Source: an uncultured Aquimarina sp. (GTDB taxonomy: Bacteria; Bacteroidota; Bacteroidia; Flavobacteriales; Flavobacteriaceae). From it: a stretch of 64,000 nucleotides of DNA. Below the pieces are notes generated by a model, which was not told the origin of the DNA, made no database searches, and was given only the letters and a program-made list of their open reading frames with translations. A program made the translations under genes and the position numbers. The stretch lies in assembly GCA_947498455.1 (NCBI GenBank), contig CANMKK010000033.1, positions 2-64,001 on the forward strand, written 5' to 3'. This document shows, piece after piece, positions 31,201-40,610 of the stretch (position 1 is the stretch's first letter; each line of letters begins with the position of its first letter).

Positions 31201-31429
31201 ACCCTAGATAACTATACGTTAAAATTGCACCTGTATTAACTTTAATAGAATAAAATCCATTAAAATCAGTTTGAACACCTGTATTGGTGTTTTTTACAAC
31301 TACATTAACTCCAGGCAATGGTAATCCATCCGTATCGCTGATTGTCCCGGAGATTGTTTTTTGTTGTGCAAATGCCATACTTGTTAATAAAAAAGTTAGC
31401 ATCAGTAACTTGTAATGATGTAATCTCAT
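28244..31429 (-). CDS. SusC/RagA-family TonB-dependent outer-membrane transporter
   Basis: Carboxypeptidase-regulatory-like N-terminus ISGTISDTDGLPLPGVNVVVKNT, plug motif VVVVAYGSQAKKEITGAV, and a terminal beta-strand ending FGLTVKL. Confidence 0.93.
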   Translation of the reverse strand: MRLHHYKLLMLTFLLTSMAFAQQKTISGTISDTDGLPLPGVNVVVKNTNTGVQTDFNGFYSIKVNTGAILTYSYLGFETKEITVGENTTIDVKLSEAASALEEVVVVAYGSQAKKEITGAVTTVKTDQLEKVQAASVVQGLTGKVPGVQIINQNGQPGEDPTVRFRGIGSINSSSAPLYVVDGVVFNGNLNSINNQDIESMTFLKDASANALYGSRGANGVIIITTKKGKEGKLDITLDTKIGVNTRAVPEYNIITDPGVYYEMWYNRWRIGLIDTGTDPSDAAQIASSQLVSGGDFSLGYNNYNVADDQIIDVATGRVNPNARLLYNDSWQDESFQTGIRKENYLSLKYSNNLVNTFLSIGHLEDEGFAINSGFERATARLSSEFRPTDWLKVGGGLNYAHTKQDSPLLGLGSGTTSNLFGWARGTAPIYPVFGRDMNGQIVRDANGNVVYDFGNGANGTVGQRPAFVADQNPVATNLLDSDENISDNISGRLNMSVKFLTDFEFTYNFSADVFDGNIKQFATPIGGDARTVNGRITTRSNRGITISHQQLLNWNKEFDEHSISVLVGHESNDYNFRLLAGQVTETVIENLPVLNNGVNIQFLTGYEKDYRVEGYLSRLTYSFKDRYFLNASYRRDASSVFHTDNRWGNFYGIGGAWSVHAEDFLAGVDWLSVLRVKASYGQQGNDALLYEDDRTIIGDTDNRNYYAYTDQFDIVNAGNNVPGISFFQLGNEDLVWETSTNINAGFELGLFNNRVSLNAEYFERKVDDLLFFEPIAISEGVGARPANVGDMKNRGVEIELFGTIINTSEFNWSMSINGTHYKNEITKLPNEFIDDGNFRFEKGRSRYDYFMRQYAGIDETNGDALWYMNELDDNGNPTGNRITTEDRASATEYFVGKSAIPDVYGGFSTNFEYKGIDLSLGFAYQIGGYGYDGIYQDLLGSTSPGNNLHQDVFDSWTPENTTASLPRLDVFEVDQNGGSDFFLVDATYLSLQDITIGYSFKPDLVDKIGFTSVRIYASANNVYLWSKARKGYDPRLSITGNAINEYSIVRSTSFGLTVKL

Positions 31430-32315
31430 AGATAAAATTTTTCAAAATTATATTATACTTAATCGCATTAAATAGTAACCAAAAAAGGAAGGTAAAATGA
31501 AGGCTAAATCAATCGTACTTTTACAAACTCGAACAAAGTTTTAATGGTAAATCGTAACTACTTACCTTTCCCTTTTAGATTACCAAATAAAGGACGGTAT
31601 TAACGGACTTAAAAAGGGTAATCTTTATCAAAGTTTACCTCTTTTTTTGCAACAATTTAACACATAAAAACTTACTAACTAAACAGTTAACACGTGTCAC
31701 AAAATAAGTTTCTTTTTTTATCATTTTAGACATTCTTAGTTTATATTTTCACAATAAACTCAGCAGATATATAAGAAAATCCGGAGTAGAATGTTGCTGA
31801 AATTTGTTATGGAGTAAGTATCCGAAAATGAAATATTCTGATTGAATATTTCCCAATAAAAAAGTGACTCTTTAGAAGATAAAAGAGCCTTTAGAAAATT
31901 AATAAACAAATAGAAAAACTAAGAAATGAAAAGTAGGTTCTGTATTCTAATTTTATATTAACCTAAACTCGATTGTTAAGTATTTGATTACAAGTTGTCT
32001 ATTTATACCAGTTGTCATTTGAATTTACCGTAATAAAATGTTCTTTTTGTGCCTCAATTTCAGAATAAAAATAAACCGTAGCCCAACTATGCTTAATTTT
32101 TCTTCTTCATTGAAACAAAAAAATCTTTATTTTCTTTTCCAGTAAATTCCAACAACATCTGGTATTATTTTAATTTTTGTTGTCTCCTCGAGCGCAGTCA
32201 AGAGGTTGTTTTTTCTGCCGAATCAATAGGTCTCGACGCGCTATCATTGACGTGTTTTATAAAAACCTGTTTTTCCAAAATTTACATGTGTTTAAATTTA
32301 ATCCTAATTACAAAT

Positions 32316-32345
32316 GAGTAAGTAAAAAAATTCACTTACTTACTC
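32316..32345 (-). terminator. Candidate terminator hairpin downstream of the AraC-family gene
   Basis: 10-bp stem GAGTAAGTAA / TTACTTACTC with a 10-nt loop. The trailing tract on the minus strand is only moderately T-rich. Confidence 0.4.
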
Positions 32346-32380
32346 TAATAAAAAAACCTCTGTACATATAAATAATTGAT

Positions 32381-33904
32381 CTAAGCACAATTAGACTTCA
32401 TATATTCAGAAGGTGTACTCTGACTAAATCTCTTAAAAGATTTATTAAAAGTAACTTTATTATTAAACCCTACTTCATATGCCACATCAATTATATTGAT
32501 TTTGGTGTCTTTCCAATCTTTTAAAAGTTCTTTGGCTTCCTCAATTCTATAGGTATTTATTAATTCAAAAAAGTTAAGTTCAAAATGTTCATTGATTATC
32601 TGAGAAGTATTATGTCTTGTTGTATCTAACATCTCTGCCAGCTTCTGAAGTGTTATATCATTTTGCTTATATACTTTTTCATTATCCAACAAATTCAAAA
32701 GTCTTTCTTTTAGTTCTAGAGACAAACTTTTTGTCAGATTAGAGTTCTTATATTTATCTAATCTAATAATTGGTTTATCTTCTTTTAATTTTATTCTATT
32801 TACGGATATATATAACTGGACAAATGTATTATAACTTATATACATTATTAGCAAAGCCATTGACACTATTTGTGTTTTAAATAAAAAACCACTTCCAATA
32901 TTTTGTACAATAAAGATGGCATAAATAGCATATGACACAATATAAAAGGAATGAAAAATGACAATATTTCGCATACAAACGTACTCCCTTTTAGATAAAT
33001 ACAAGTTATTCTTCACTGAATTTATGTGCATTTTTATTATGAATGTTCCATAGATAATTAATGATATAAGTTTTCCTATTAATATCAAAGCCATATATGG
33101 TCTTTCATTATGAATCATCATATCTAATTTTTCCTCACTAGATAAATTATAAACAGGAATGAGTAATACCATTAGTATAATAGTCGGTACTATATGGAGT
33201 GCATCTATAATTCTAAACTTGTACTTGGTAGTCACTCTTTTAAAATAAAAATAAATCACTGGACCGTAAAGTAAAGAAAATGAAACCGGCAAGTATAACA
33301 CATGTGGTAAATAATAGTCATAGTTGGCAAGTAATAAGCTTACCCTTATTATAAAGAAAGAATGCATGATCAAAAATACACTCATCAGAAAATTAGCAAG
33401 TCTATCTTGACTTATATTAAAATTTAAAAGTGTGAACATAAAAACACCAATAAATCCAACATACAAACAAAACAGTGACCATAGGTCAACATTTTTCAGG
33501 TACTTATCGCTTAAGTCTTGATATGACTCAGAATTCGCTATTTTATCAAAATTACTATTACCTACGAACTTAACATCTAAACTTTTTTGAACATATTTTT
33601 CAATGTAAACACTTGCCAATTCGGCATTATTTTCTTCAGCGTACGAAAAAGCCAAATTTTTAAACAAAGAGATAGAATCAGTAATATTACTTTGTTTGGT
33701 GTTTACATCCCCATATGATGAGAGTTGATTTCGTTTAGCATCTGAGGTATAATTTTCTGAATAAAACAAATCATTCATACTCCAAGACCAATCTCTTAAA
33801 GTACCTTTTTCTTGTAGAATAAATACTATTGTTAAGGAAACAAAGATTAAAACAAAAGCTTTGTATATTCTAACTGAAGAATCCTTTTTGTGAACTAACC
33901 CCAT
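32381..33904 (-). CDS. membrane-embedded AraC-family transcriptional regulator
   Basis: One N-terminal TM segment, an extracytoplasmic segment of about 110 aa, then about 7 TM helices. The C-terminal AraC HTH pair is ITLQKLAEMLDTTRHNTSQIINE and IIDVAYEVGFNNKVTFNKSFKRF. Confidence 0.85.
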   Translation of the reverse strand: MGLVHKKDSSVRIYKAFVLIFVSLTIVFILQEKGTLRDWSWSMNDLFYSENYTSDAKRNQLSSYGDVNTKQSNITDSISLFKNLAFSYAEENNAELASVYIEKYVQKSLDVKFVGNSNFDKIANSESYQDLSDKYLKNVDLWSLFCLYVGFIGVFMFTLLNFNISQDRLANFLMSVFLIMHSFFIIRVSLLLANYDYYLPHVLYLPVSFSLLYGPVIYFYFKRVTTKYKFRIIDALHIVPTIILMVLLIPVYNLSSEEKLDMMIHNERPYMALILIGKLISLIIYGTFIIKMHINSVKNNLYLSKREYVCMRNIVIFHSFYIVSYAIYAIFIVQNIGSGFLFKTQIVSMALLIMYISYNTFVQLYISVNRIKLKEDKPIIRLDKYKNSNLTKSLSLELKERLLNLLDNEKVYKQNDITLQKLAEMLDTTRHNTSQIINEHFELNFFELINTYRIEEAKELLKDWKDTKINIIDVAYEVGFNNKVTFNKSFKRFSQSTPSEYMKSNCA

Positions 33905-34388
33905 AATTATTCGCTACGCTATTTTTTTATCAATTCTTATTTCATTATCCTATATTTTGGATAAAAAAACCTGTTCGTACTTTAAGAATAATTTCCAATG
34001 ATACATTTTGCGCTGTATCATTTTACCTCTTTATACTCCAACAATACATCAAAGAATAGATAGTGTTTTTAAGACTATATATCACCTTGTCATATATATA
34101 ACAGTTTAACCGATAAAGACCCTAAAAATAACAATATAATATTAAAATATCATAACGTAATACTAAAATATCAATAAATTACGGTTTTCACTTACCAAAA
34201 AAACTAGCAAAGATTATTGTAATTAATTAAATGCTAACAACTTAATATTTAAAATGACTATACGTTAAATTCTTTATAAAAGTTTAATTCTAACAGATGA
34301 AAGCTTTCTTATTGTAGTATAAATAATATTTATACAAAGTAGCTGTAAATTGGACACCTACATACTTGTTTTACTTTCTTATTTATTA

Positions 34389-34634
34389 TTTCACAACCAT
34401 CCGAAAGTCTTCAAAAGACAATTTTCATAAATTACAATGTACTTATTATCAGTTCATTACAAATTCACAAAGTGCGATTTTTGGTTTTTTGAGAATTTAT
34501 ATTTTAAAGCATTTCAAGATATAATTCAATATGTTTTATAAATTAAAAATAATGATAATCAATCAGTCTTGATTCTAAACAGCGTGGTTGCTGAGCTTGA
34601 AGTAAAGCGATCTTGATTCAAAAGTTTCGGATGC
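34389..34634. repeat. Dispersed intergenic repeat, copy 1 (about 246 bp)
   Basis: Alignable by eye end to end with 38275..38533. Its ends carry inverted CATCCGAAA / TTTCGGATG cores. Confidence 0.6.
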
Positions 34635-34859
34635 TAGTGTTCTTATTTATATAACTACGCAATACAGATCAATCACACAGTGGCATAGAACAAAAAACAA
34701 CATCATTTTACATACGACATTTCATAATTATTTGGCATTAATTAACCAATAATGATAATTGCTTCCCTATTTCAAGAAAATAACCTAACGAAGTATTAAT
34801 AGGATAAATTTAAATTTTTACGCAGTTTAAAAATAATGTATTTTGTTTTATTCGAATAT

Positions 34860-35633
34860 TTATATTTTTTTAGCTTCTTCCCAAAAAACATCCATTTCAC
34901 TAAGAGTCATATCCTTAAGGCTTTTACTCTTTTCTATTGCTTTTTTTTCCAGGTACTGAAAACGCTTGATAAATTTTTTATTTGTTCGTTCCAAAGCATC
35001 TTCTGGATTTACTTTTAAAAATCGAGCATAATTAATCATAGAAAACAGTACATCTCCAAATTCTGATTCAATTTTATCTTGATTTTCTTCATTCACCTCA
35101 TGCTGAAGTTCTTCTAATTCTTCCTTCACTTTTTCAAATACTTGATTTGGTTCTTCCCAATCAAAACCTACACCAGCAACTTTATCTTGTATACGACTTG
35201 CTTTTACCAAAGCAGGAAGAGACCTAGGAACTCCTTCCAAAACACTTTTCTTTCCTTCTTTCAGTTTTAGATTTTCCCAATTCCGTTTCACATCTTCTTC
35301 ATCCATTACTTTTACATCCCCATATATATGTGGGTGCCTATTGATTAACTTATCACATATTTCGTTGGCAACATCTGCTATATCAAAATCATTAGTTTCA
35401 CTTCCTATTTTGGCATAAAAAACTATATGTAATAATAAATCTCCCAACTCTTTTTTTACTTCATCGAGATTATTATCCAAGATTGCATCTCCCAATTCGT
35501 ATGTCTCTTCGATAGTCAGATGTCTAAGAGATTGTAATGTTTGTTTTTTATCCCAAGGGCACTGTGATCTTAACTCATCCATTATAGTTAACAATCTATC
35601 AAATGATTTAAGTTGGTTTTCTCTGGAGTTCAT
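34860..35633 (-). CDS. mazG: nucleoside triphosphate pyrophosphohydrolase MazG
   Basis: Motifs CPWDKKQT, EETYELGDAI and ELGDLLLHIVFYA, with tandem MazG domains. I prefer ATG 35633 (MNSRENQL...) over the longer ORF start at 35690. Confidence 0.9.
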   Translation of the reverse strand: MNSRENQLKSFDRLLTIMDELRSQCPWDKKQTLQSLRHLTIEETYELGDAILDNNLDEVKKELGDLLLHIVFYAKIGSETNDFDIADVANEICDKLINRHPHIYGDVKVMDEEDVKRNWENLKLKEGKKSVLEGVPRSLPALVKASRIQDKVAGVGFDWEEPNQVFEKVKEELEELQHEVNEENQDKIESEFGDVLFSMINYARFLKVNPEDALERTNKKFIKRFQYLEKKAIEKSKSLKDMTLSEMDVFWEEAKKI

Positions 35634-35728
35634 TGATGTAATTTTTAACCAAAAATAAGGATTATAAGATGTACTGGACACTTCAATCAAAAAAAGTAAT
35701 TTTCAATCAAAAAAATGATAGATATGAC

Positions 35729-35754
35729 TTTCACTCACTGGCATCCGAAAGTTT
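35729..35754. repeat. Partial third copy of the repeat's left end (TTTCAC..CATCCGAAAGTTT)
   Basis: TTTCACTCACTGGCATCCGAAAGTTT resembles the left termini at 34389 and 38275. Confidence 0.4.
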
Positions 35755-35953
35755 GATAAAATTCCACAAAACTTCCGAAGCTTCTTTAAAAATGGAGATA
35801 AGACACTAAATAACAATACGTTATATTTTTTTTGTGTCAAGTGAGATAGGTTTTTAAAACTATAAGGCTTTAAATATTAGTATTTTTTGAATTTTAATCT
35901 AATTATAACAATATTTTTAATTCATTCTTTCGGGTCTATTATCTTCAAAATAA

Positions 35954-36898
35954 TTAAAATTTGATTTCTTCCATCTTCTTTTGAGTTGTTATAAAGTCTG
36001 TAATCAAATCTTTAACTATAGTTGCTGCCGGTTTAATATCATGAATTAAACCAGATACCTGGCCTATTTCTAATTCACCTTCTTCGAGATCTCCTTCAAA
36101 CATTCCTTGTTTTGCCCTTGCTCTTCCTAACAATGCTTTTAACTCATCAATTGTAGGGTTCTTTGTATACAGCTTTACAATATCATTATAGAATTTATTC
36201 TTTAACAGTCGAACAGGAGCTAATTCTTTTAATGTAAGTTGTGTATCTCCTTCTTTAGCATTAACTACTACATTTTTAAAATCCTGATGAGATGAAGCTT
36301 CTTCACTGGCTACAAATCTACTCCCTATTTGTACTCCATCTGCTCCTAATGCCATAACGGCATACATTGCTGCTCCAGTTGCAATTCCTCCAGCTGCAAT
36401 GATTGGTATATCAATCTTCTCTTTAACCATTGGTATCAATGCTAAAGTTGTGGTTTCATCTCTTCCATTATGTCCACCCGCTTCAAAACCTTCGGCTACA
36501 ATGGCATCAACTCCCGCTTCTTGTGCTTTTAAGGCAAACTTTAGACTACTTACTACATGAACTACCGTTATCCCATTTTCTTTTAGCAAAGCTGTATATT
36601 TCTTCGGGTTTCCGGCAGATGTAAAAACAATTTTGACACCTTCCTCTATTATGATCTCAATAATTTCTTCTAAATTGGGATATAACATTGGTATATTTAC
36701 TCCAAAAGGTTTTTCTGTTGCTACTTTACACTTCTGAATATGTTCTTTCAATACATCAGGATACATAGAACCTGATCCTATAAGACCTAGTCCTCCAGCA
36801 TTACTAACCGCACTTGCTAATTTCCATCCACTTGCCCAAATCATACCTCCTTGGATAATTGGGTATTGTATATTAAAGAGCTTATTAATTTTATTCAT
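35954..36898 (-). CDS. NAD(P)H-dependent flavin oxidoreductase (nitronate monooxygenase/FabK-like family)
   Basis: TIM-barrel FMN motifs IIQGGMIWASG, EGFEAGGHNG and IIAAGGIATG. Confidence 0.88.
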   Translation of the reverse strand: MNKINKLFNIQYPIIQGGMIWASGWKLASAVSNAGGLGLIGSGSMYPDVLKEHIQKCKVATEKPFGVNIPMLYPNLEEIIEIIIEEGVKIVFTSAGNPKKYTALLKENGITVVHVVSSLKFALKAQEAGVDAIVAEGFEAGGHNGRDETTTLALIPMVKEKIDIPIIAAGGIATGAAMYAVMALGADGVQIGSRFVASEEASSHQDFKNVVVNAKEGDTQLTLKELAPVRLLKNKFYNDIVKLYTKNPTIDELKALLGRARAKQGMFEGDLEEGELEIGQVSGLIHDIKPAATIVKDLITDFITTQKKMEEIKF

Positions 36899-36949
36899 TT
36901 AGAATCCTGCTATTTCCGTCTATTTATGATTAATTGTAATATACATAAG

Positions 36950-38137
36950 TTATGAAATCACTCCAGATCCTACTAACTCATTATCAATGTACCAAGCTAC
37001 AAATTGACCTTCCGTTATAGCACTTTGGTTATTTTCGAAAACTATGTACATTCCTGAATCTACTTGATACAATGTTGCTTCATCTAAAGGTTGCCTATAT
37101 CGTATCCGTGCTTTTACTTTCATCTCTTCATCAACATCAAGTACAAGATCCTTTCGTACCCAATGTACCTCTTCATTACTTATAAAAAGTGCTTTTCTAT
37201 ATAAACCTGGATGTGCCTTACCTTGTCCAGCATAAATCACATTAGTTTCCACATCCGTTTCAATAACAAAAAGAGGTTCTGGTGTACCGCCTACAGCAAG
37301 CCCTTTTCTTTGTCCTTTCGTGTAATAATGTGCTCCCTGGTGCTTACCCACCACCTTTCCTATACGGGTTGTATATTCAAATTTTGAAGAGAGAAATTCT
37401 AGCTCTTCTCGCTTAGACTTAAAATCAGGTATTTTTTTACTATATAACTCTTCTTCCGAAGAAATTTCGATAATATCACCTTCTCTAGGTTGTAATTTTT
37501 GCTGAAGAAACTCTGGTAACCTTACCTTTCCAATAAAACATAAACCCTGAGAATCTTTTTTATCGGCTGTTATTAAATCTTGTTGAGCTGCAATTACCCT
37601 AACTTCGGGCTTAAGTAAATCTCCTATCGGAAAAAGCGTTTTTGCTAATTGTTCTTGTGATAATTGACATAAGAAATACGATTGATCTTTATTACAATCT
37701 CTTCCAGAAAGTAGGCGATGGATTTGTTTACCTTCTTTTTCTATAGTTTCTTTTCTGCAATAATGTCCAGTTGCCACATAATCTGCTCCTAAAGAAAGTG
37801 CTATTTTAAGAAAAACATCGAACTTTATTTCACGATTACACAATACATCTGGATTTGGTGTTCTTCCTTTCTCATACTCATTAAACATATAATCTACTAT
37901 ACGTTCTTTATATTCTTCACTTAAATCGACAGTCTGGAAAGGAATTCCGAGTTTTTCTGCTACCAATAATGCGTCATTACTATCATCTAACCAAGGGCAT
38001 TCATCAGAAATAGTTACTGAATCATCATGCCAATTTTTCATAAAAAGTCCAATTACTTCATAACCTTGTTCCTTAAGAAGGTATGCCGCAACACTGGAAT
38101 CCACTCCACCCGATAATCCTACAATAACTCTTTTCAC
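36950..38137 (-). CDS. mnmA: tRNA 2-thiouridine(34) synthase
   Basis: PP-loop [13 protein letters not shown] and catalytic Cys region [10 protein letters not shown]. Confidence 0.95.
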   Translation of the reverse strand: MKRVIVGLSGGVDSSVAAYLLKEQGYEVIGLFMKNWHDDSVTISDECPWLDDSNDALLVAEKLGIPFQTVDLSEEYKERIVDYMFNEYEKGRTPNPDVLCNREIKFDVFLKIALSLGADYVATGHYCRKETIEKEGKQIHRLLSGRDCNKDQSYFLCQLSQEQLAKTLFPIGDLLKPEVRVIAAQQDLITADKKDSQGLCFIGKVRLPEFLQQKLQPREGDIIEISSEEELYSKKIPDFKSKREELEFLSSKFEYTTRIGKVVGKHQGAHYYTKGQRKGLAVGGTPEPLFVIETDVETNVIYAGQGKAHPGLYRKALFISNEEVHWVRKDLVLDVDEEMKVKARIRYRQPLDEATLYQVDSGMYIVFENNQSAITEGQFVAWYIDNELVGSGVIS

Positions 38138-38274
38138 TTCTTATAACTTAAATTCAAAAATTAACTGCAAAAATAGCAAATAAAAAAACACAATTTGTAC
38201 ACTATATTTTTAGATTTAGTGTATGTATCAACAAGTTAATTATTTATTATCGCAGATATTCATTTTTAAATTGA

Positions 38275-38533
38275 TTTCACAACTATCCGAAAGTTGTTTC
38301 TAGTGATCTATTTTTTTGAAATTAATATATTGCAAAGCAAGCTTTTAAAAACGTATAGTATATACCTTATAATAATTGATCTTTCCAAAATACTTTAATA
38401 CCTGATTCAATAGTTTTTACAAATTGAAAAATATAATATACTGATATTCATTTTGTCTTGACTATTCTCTCTAGTAGCGTGATTACTAAGCCAAGTCGAA
38501 GTATAGCGATCTTGATTTATAAATTTCAGATTG
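38275..38533. repeat. Dispersed intergenic repeat, copy 2 (about 259 bp)
   Basis: Shares with copy 1 the blocks TTTCACAAC(C/T)ATCCGAAAGT, TTTTTTGA(G)AA(T)TTA(A)TAT, ATTCAATA(T)GTTTT(A/T)(T/C)AAATT and AGCGATCTTGATT. Confidence 0.6.
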
Positions 38534-38609
38534 TAATAAATTGATCTACAATAATTTAATATAAAATTTAAAATCAAATCTTGATCAAATGGTATTGCAA
38601 AAATAAATT

Positions 38610-39287
38610 CTATTTTTTTATAGGAAATAACTTTTGTTCGGTTAATTTTCCATTGTCATAATAGTTCCATATCCCATTTTTACGATCTCTTTTATAATTC
38701 CCTTCAATCTTCAATGTTCCATCCATATTATAATATTTAGTAACCCCGTGTAATTGATCTTGTTCATAAGTGAACTCTTTTATAAGCACTCCTTCTTCAG
38801 AATACACAACTCTTCTACCTTGCTTTTTCCCGTTATTATAAATTATCTTTTCGGTTAATTGTCCGTTTTCAAAATATGTCAGTTGTTCTCCGTGCAGTAC
38901 CCCTGACGCATATTCTTCTGTCATCATAATTTTATCGGAATTCTTATGATAATATTTCCAAACTCCGACTCTTTCTTTACCTACCATTTTACCTTCACTT
39001 ATGATCTTTTCTGTATTTGTGAAATACTGAATTGATATGGTATCTGTTGTTTTAGAAAATATCTTAATTGCTGTTGGTTTTTTCCCACTTTCTGGCTTAT
39101 AGAATTTGAATTCACCAACCTCTTTTCCGTGATCAAAAGTCCCTTCATATCTTAATTGATCACTATTCTCATATTTTTTTTGCCACTTCCCATGTCGTTT
39201 CCCATCTGAATCGTATGCATTATACTCCTGAGAAATACCTATAAATGAATATATAACAAAAACAAAACATAAAAATTTACTACCCAT
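38610..39287 (-). CDS. MORN-variant (YwqK-like) repeat protein, secreted
   Basis: Signal peptide, then repeats of the G-x-W-x-x-Y type (GVWKYYHKNSDK, GIWNYYDNGKL). Confidence 0.7.
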   Translation of the reverse strand: MGSKFLCFVFVIYSFIGISQEYNAYDSDGKRHGKWQKKYENSDQLRYEGTFDHGKEVGEFKFYKPESGKKPTAIKIFSKTTDTISIQYFTNTEKIISEGKMVGKERVGVWKYYHKNSDKIMMTEEYASGVLHGEQLTYFENGQLTEKIIYNNGKKQGRRVVYSEEGVLIKEFTYEQDQLHGVTKYYNMDGTLKIEGNYKRDRKNGIWNYYDNGKLTEQKLFPIKK

Positions 39288-39540
39288 AATTAAAATTTAA
39301 TTTAAAATATTCCTTCTTCAAAAAATATACCAACAATACATAAAACATGATTACGAAACAAAATTGTTTGTGTACACATCTAAAATACCTTACAAAAAAA
39401 ACATTAAAACTTCTTAAAAAACTGTTCCTAAACATAAAACAATTGTCAATTAACTTATGTTTAACACGTTATTAAAAATATAAAAAATCAGTACCTCGTT
39501 GAAGAGATTGAACAAATTATAAATTTTAAAACTCAAAAAC

Positions 39541-40536
39541 ATGAAAATTATTTCAAAATTTTCCGGAGTAGTCATAATTGCTGCTTTGGTACTCGGAACT
39601 ACATCTTGTAGTGACGATGATGATACTATCTTCGTAGAACCCACTGAGTCTATTGTTGAATATCTTACAAATAATAGTGATTATAGTTCACTAAAAGCAG
39701 CTTTAGATCTTACAGAATTAACCTCAGTACTTAGTGGAACAAGTTCCTATACTATTTTTGCCCCTAAAAACGAATCCTTCTCTAAATTCTTAACTGAGGC
39801 AGGTTTTGCCGAGTTAAGCGAAGTTGACACCGAAGAAGAAATAGCTATTGTAAAAAATGTATTGTTAAACCATGTTGTTAATGGTAGTAATCTTTCTTCA
39901 TCCTTAAATACTGGATACATTACTACAAATGCTATTTATGGAGACGCTAGTAATTCCTATATAAGCATGTACCTTTCTGTAGAAAACAATACTGTTACTA
40001 TCAATGGTGGTTCTGATGGTGCTAATATAGGTGCTGTGGTTAGCACTCCCGATATTAGAGCTACTAATGGAGTTATACATGCTATAGACGCTGTAATTCA
40101 GATTCCAAAAATAACAACGTTTGTAACAGTTGATCCCAACTTCTCCCGCCTTGTCGAAGGGTTAACGGCTTACAGTTTTGAATATGTTACTACATTACAA
40201 GGAAATGGACCTTTTACAATACTTGCCCCAAATAATGCTGCCTTTGATGCTTTATTAGCTACTGATGAAACCTGGAATAACTCTGGAGATATCCCAGAAA
40301 CTACTTTAGAATCTGTTATAAACCTACATGTCATAGCTGATAACATAAGACAATCAGAGCTGACAACAGGAGAAATAACCACTTTAGGTGGAGTTGTTTC
40401 TGTTGATGCTCCTAAAAACACAATCTTTGATGGTTCTGATCCAATAATTATAAGTACTATTTTGGTATCGGATATTCAAGCTTCCAATGGAGTTATCCAC
40501 GCTATGGATAAAGTGTTAATCACACCAATCCCTTAA
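39541..40536 (+). CDS. fasciclin (FAS1 x2) domain lipoprotein
   Basis: Lipobox LGTTSC. FAS1 motifs YTIFAPKNESF with NGVIHAIDAVI, and FTILAPNNAAFD with NGVIHAMDKVL. Confidence 0.85.
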   Translation: MKIISKFSGVVIIAALVLGTTSCSDDDDTIFVEPTESIVEYLTNNSDYSSLKAALDLTELTSVLSGTSSYTIFAPKNESFSKFLTEAGFAELSEVDTEEEIAIVKNVLLNHVVNGSNLSSSLNTGYITTNAIYGDASNSYISMYLSVENNTVTINGGSDGANIGAVVSTPDIRATNGVIHAIDAVIQIPKITTFVTVDPNFSRLVEGLTAYSFEYVTTLQGNGPFTILAPNNAAFDALLATDETWNNSGDIPETTLESVINLHVIADNIRQSELTTGEITTLGGVVSVDAPKNTIFDGSDPIIISTILVSDIQASNGVIHAMDKVLITPIP

Positions 40537-40556
40537 TAAATAAGCCTCGTAAAAAG

Positions 40557-40593
40557 AAAAAGCCGGGTTTCTGCTATAGAAAACCGGCTTTTC
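40557..40593. terminator. Bidirectional terminator between the fasciclin gene and yidC
   Basis: AAAAGCCGGGTTT...AAACCGGCTTTT hairpin flanked by an A-run and a T-run. Confidence 0.75.
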
Positions 40594-40610
40594 ATTTTAG
40601 AAAATAAATT

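Noticed and set aside
38610-39287. Toxin-antitoxin module (MORN-variant proteins are often labelled YwqK-family antitoxin)
   Set aside because: No toxin-like partner gene is adjacent, and the protein has a signal peptide. I treat it as a secreted repeat protein.
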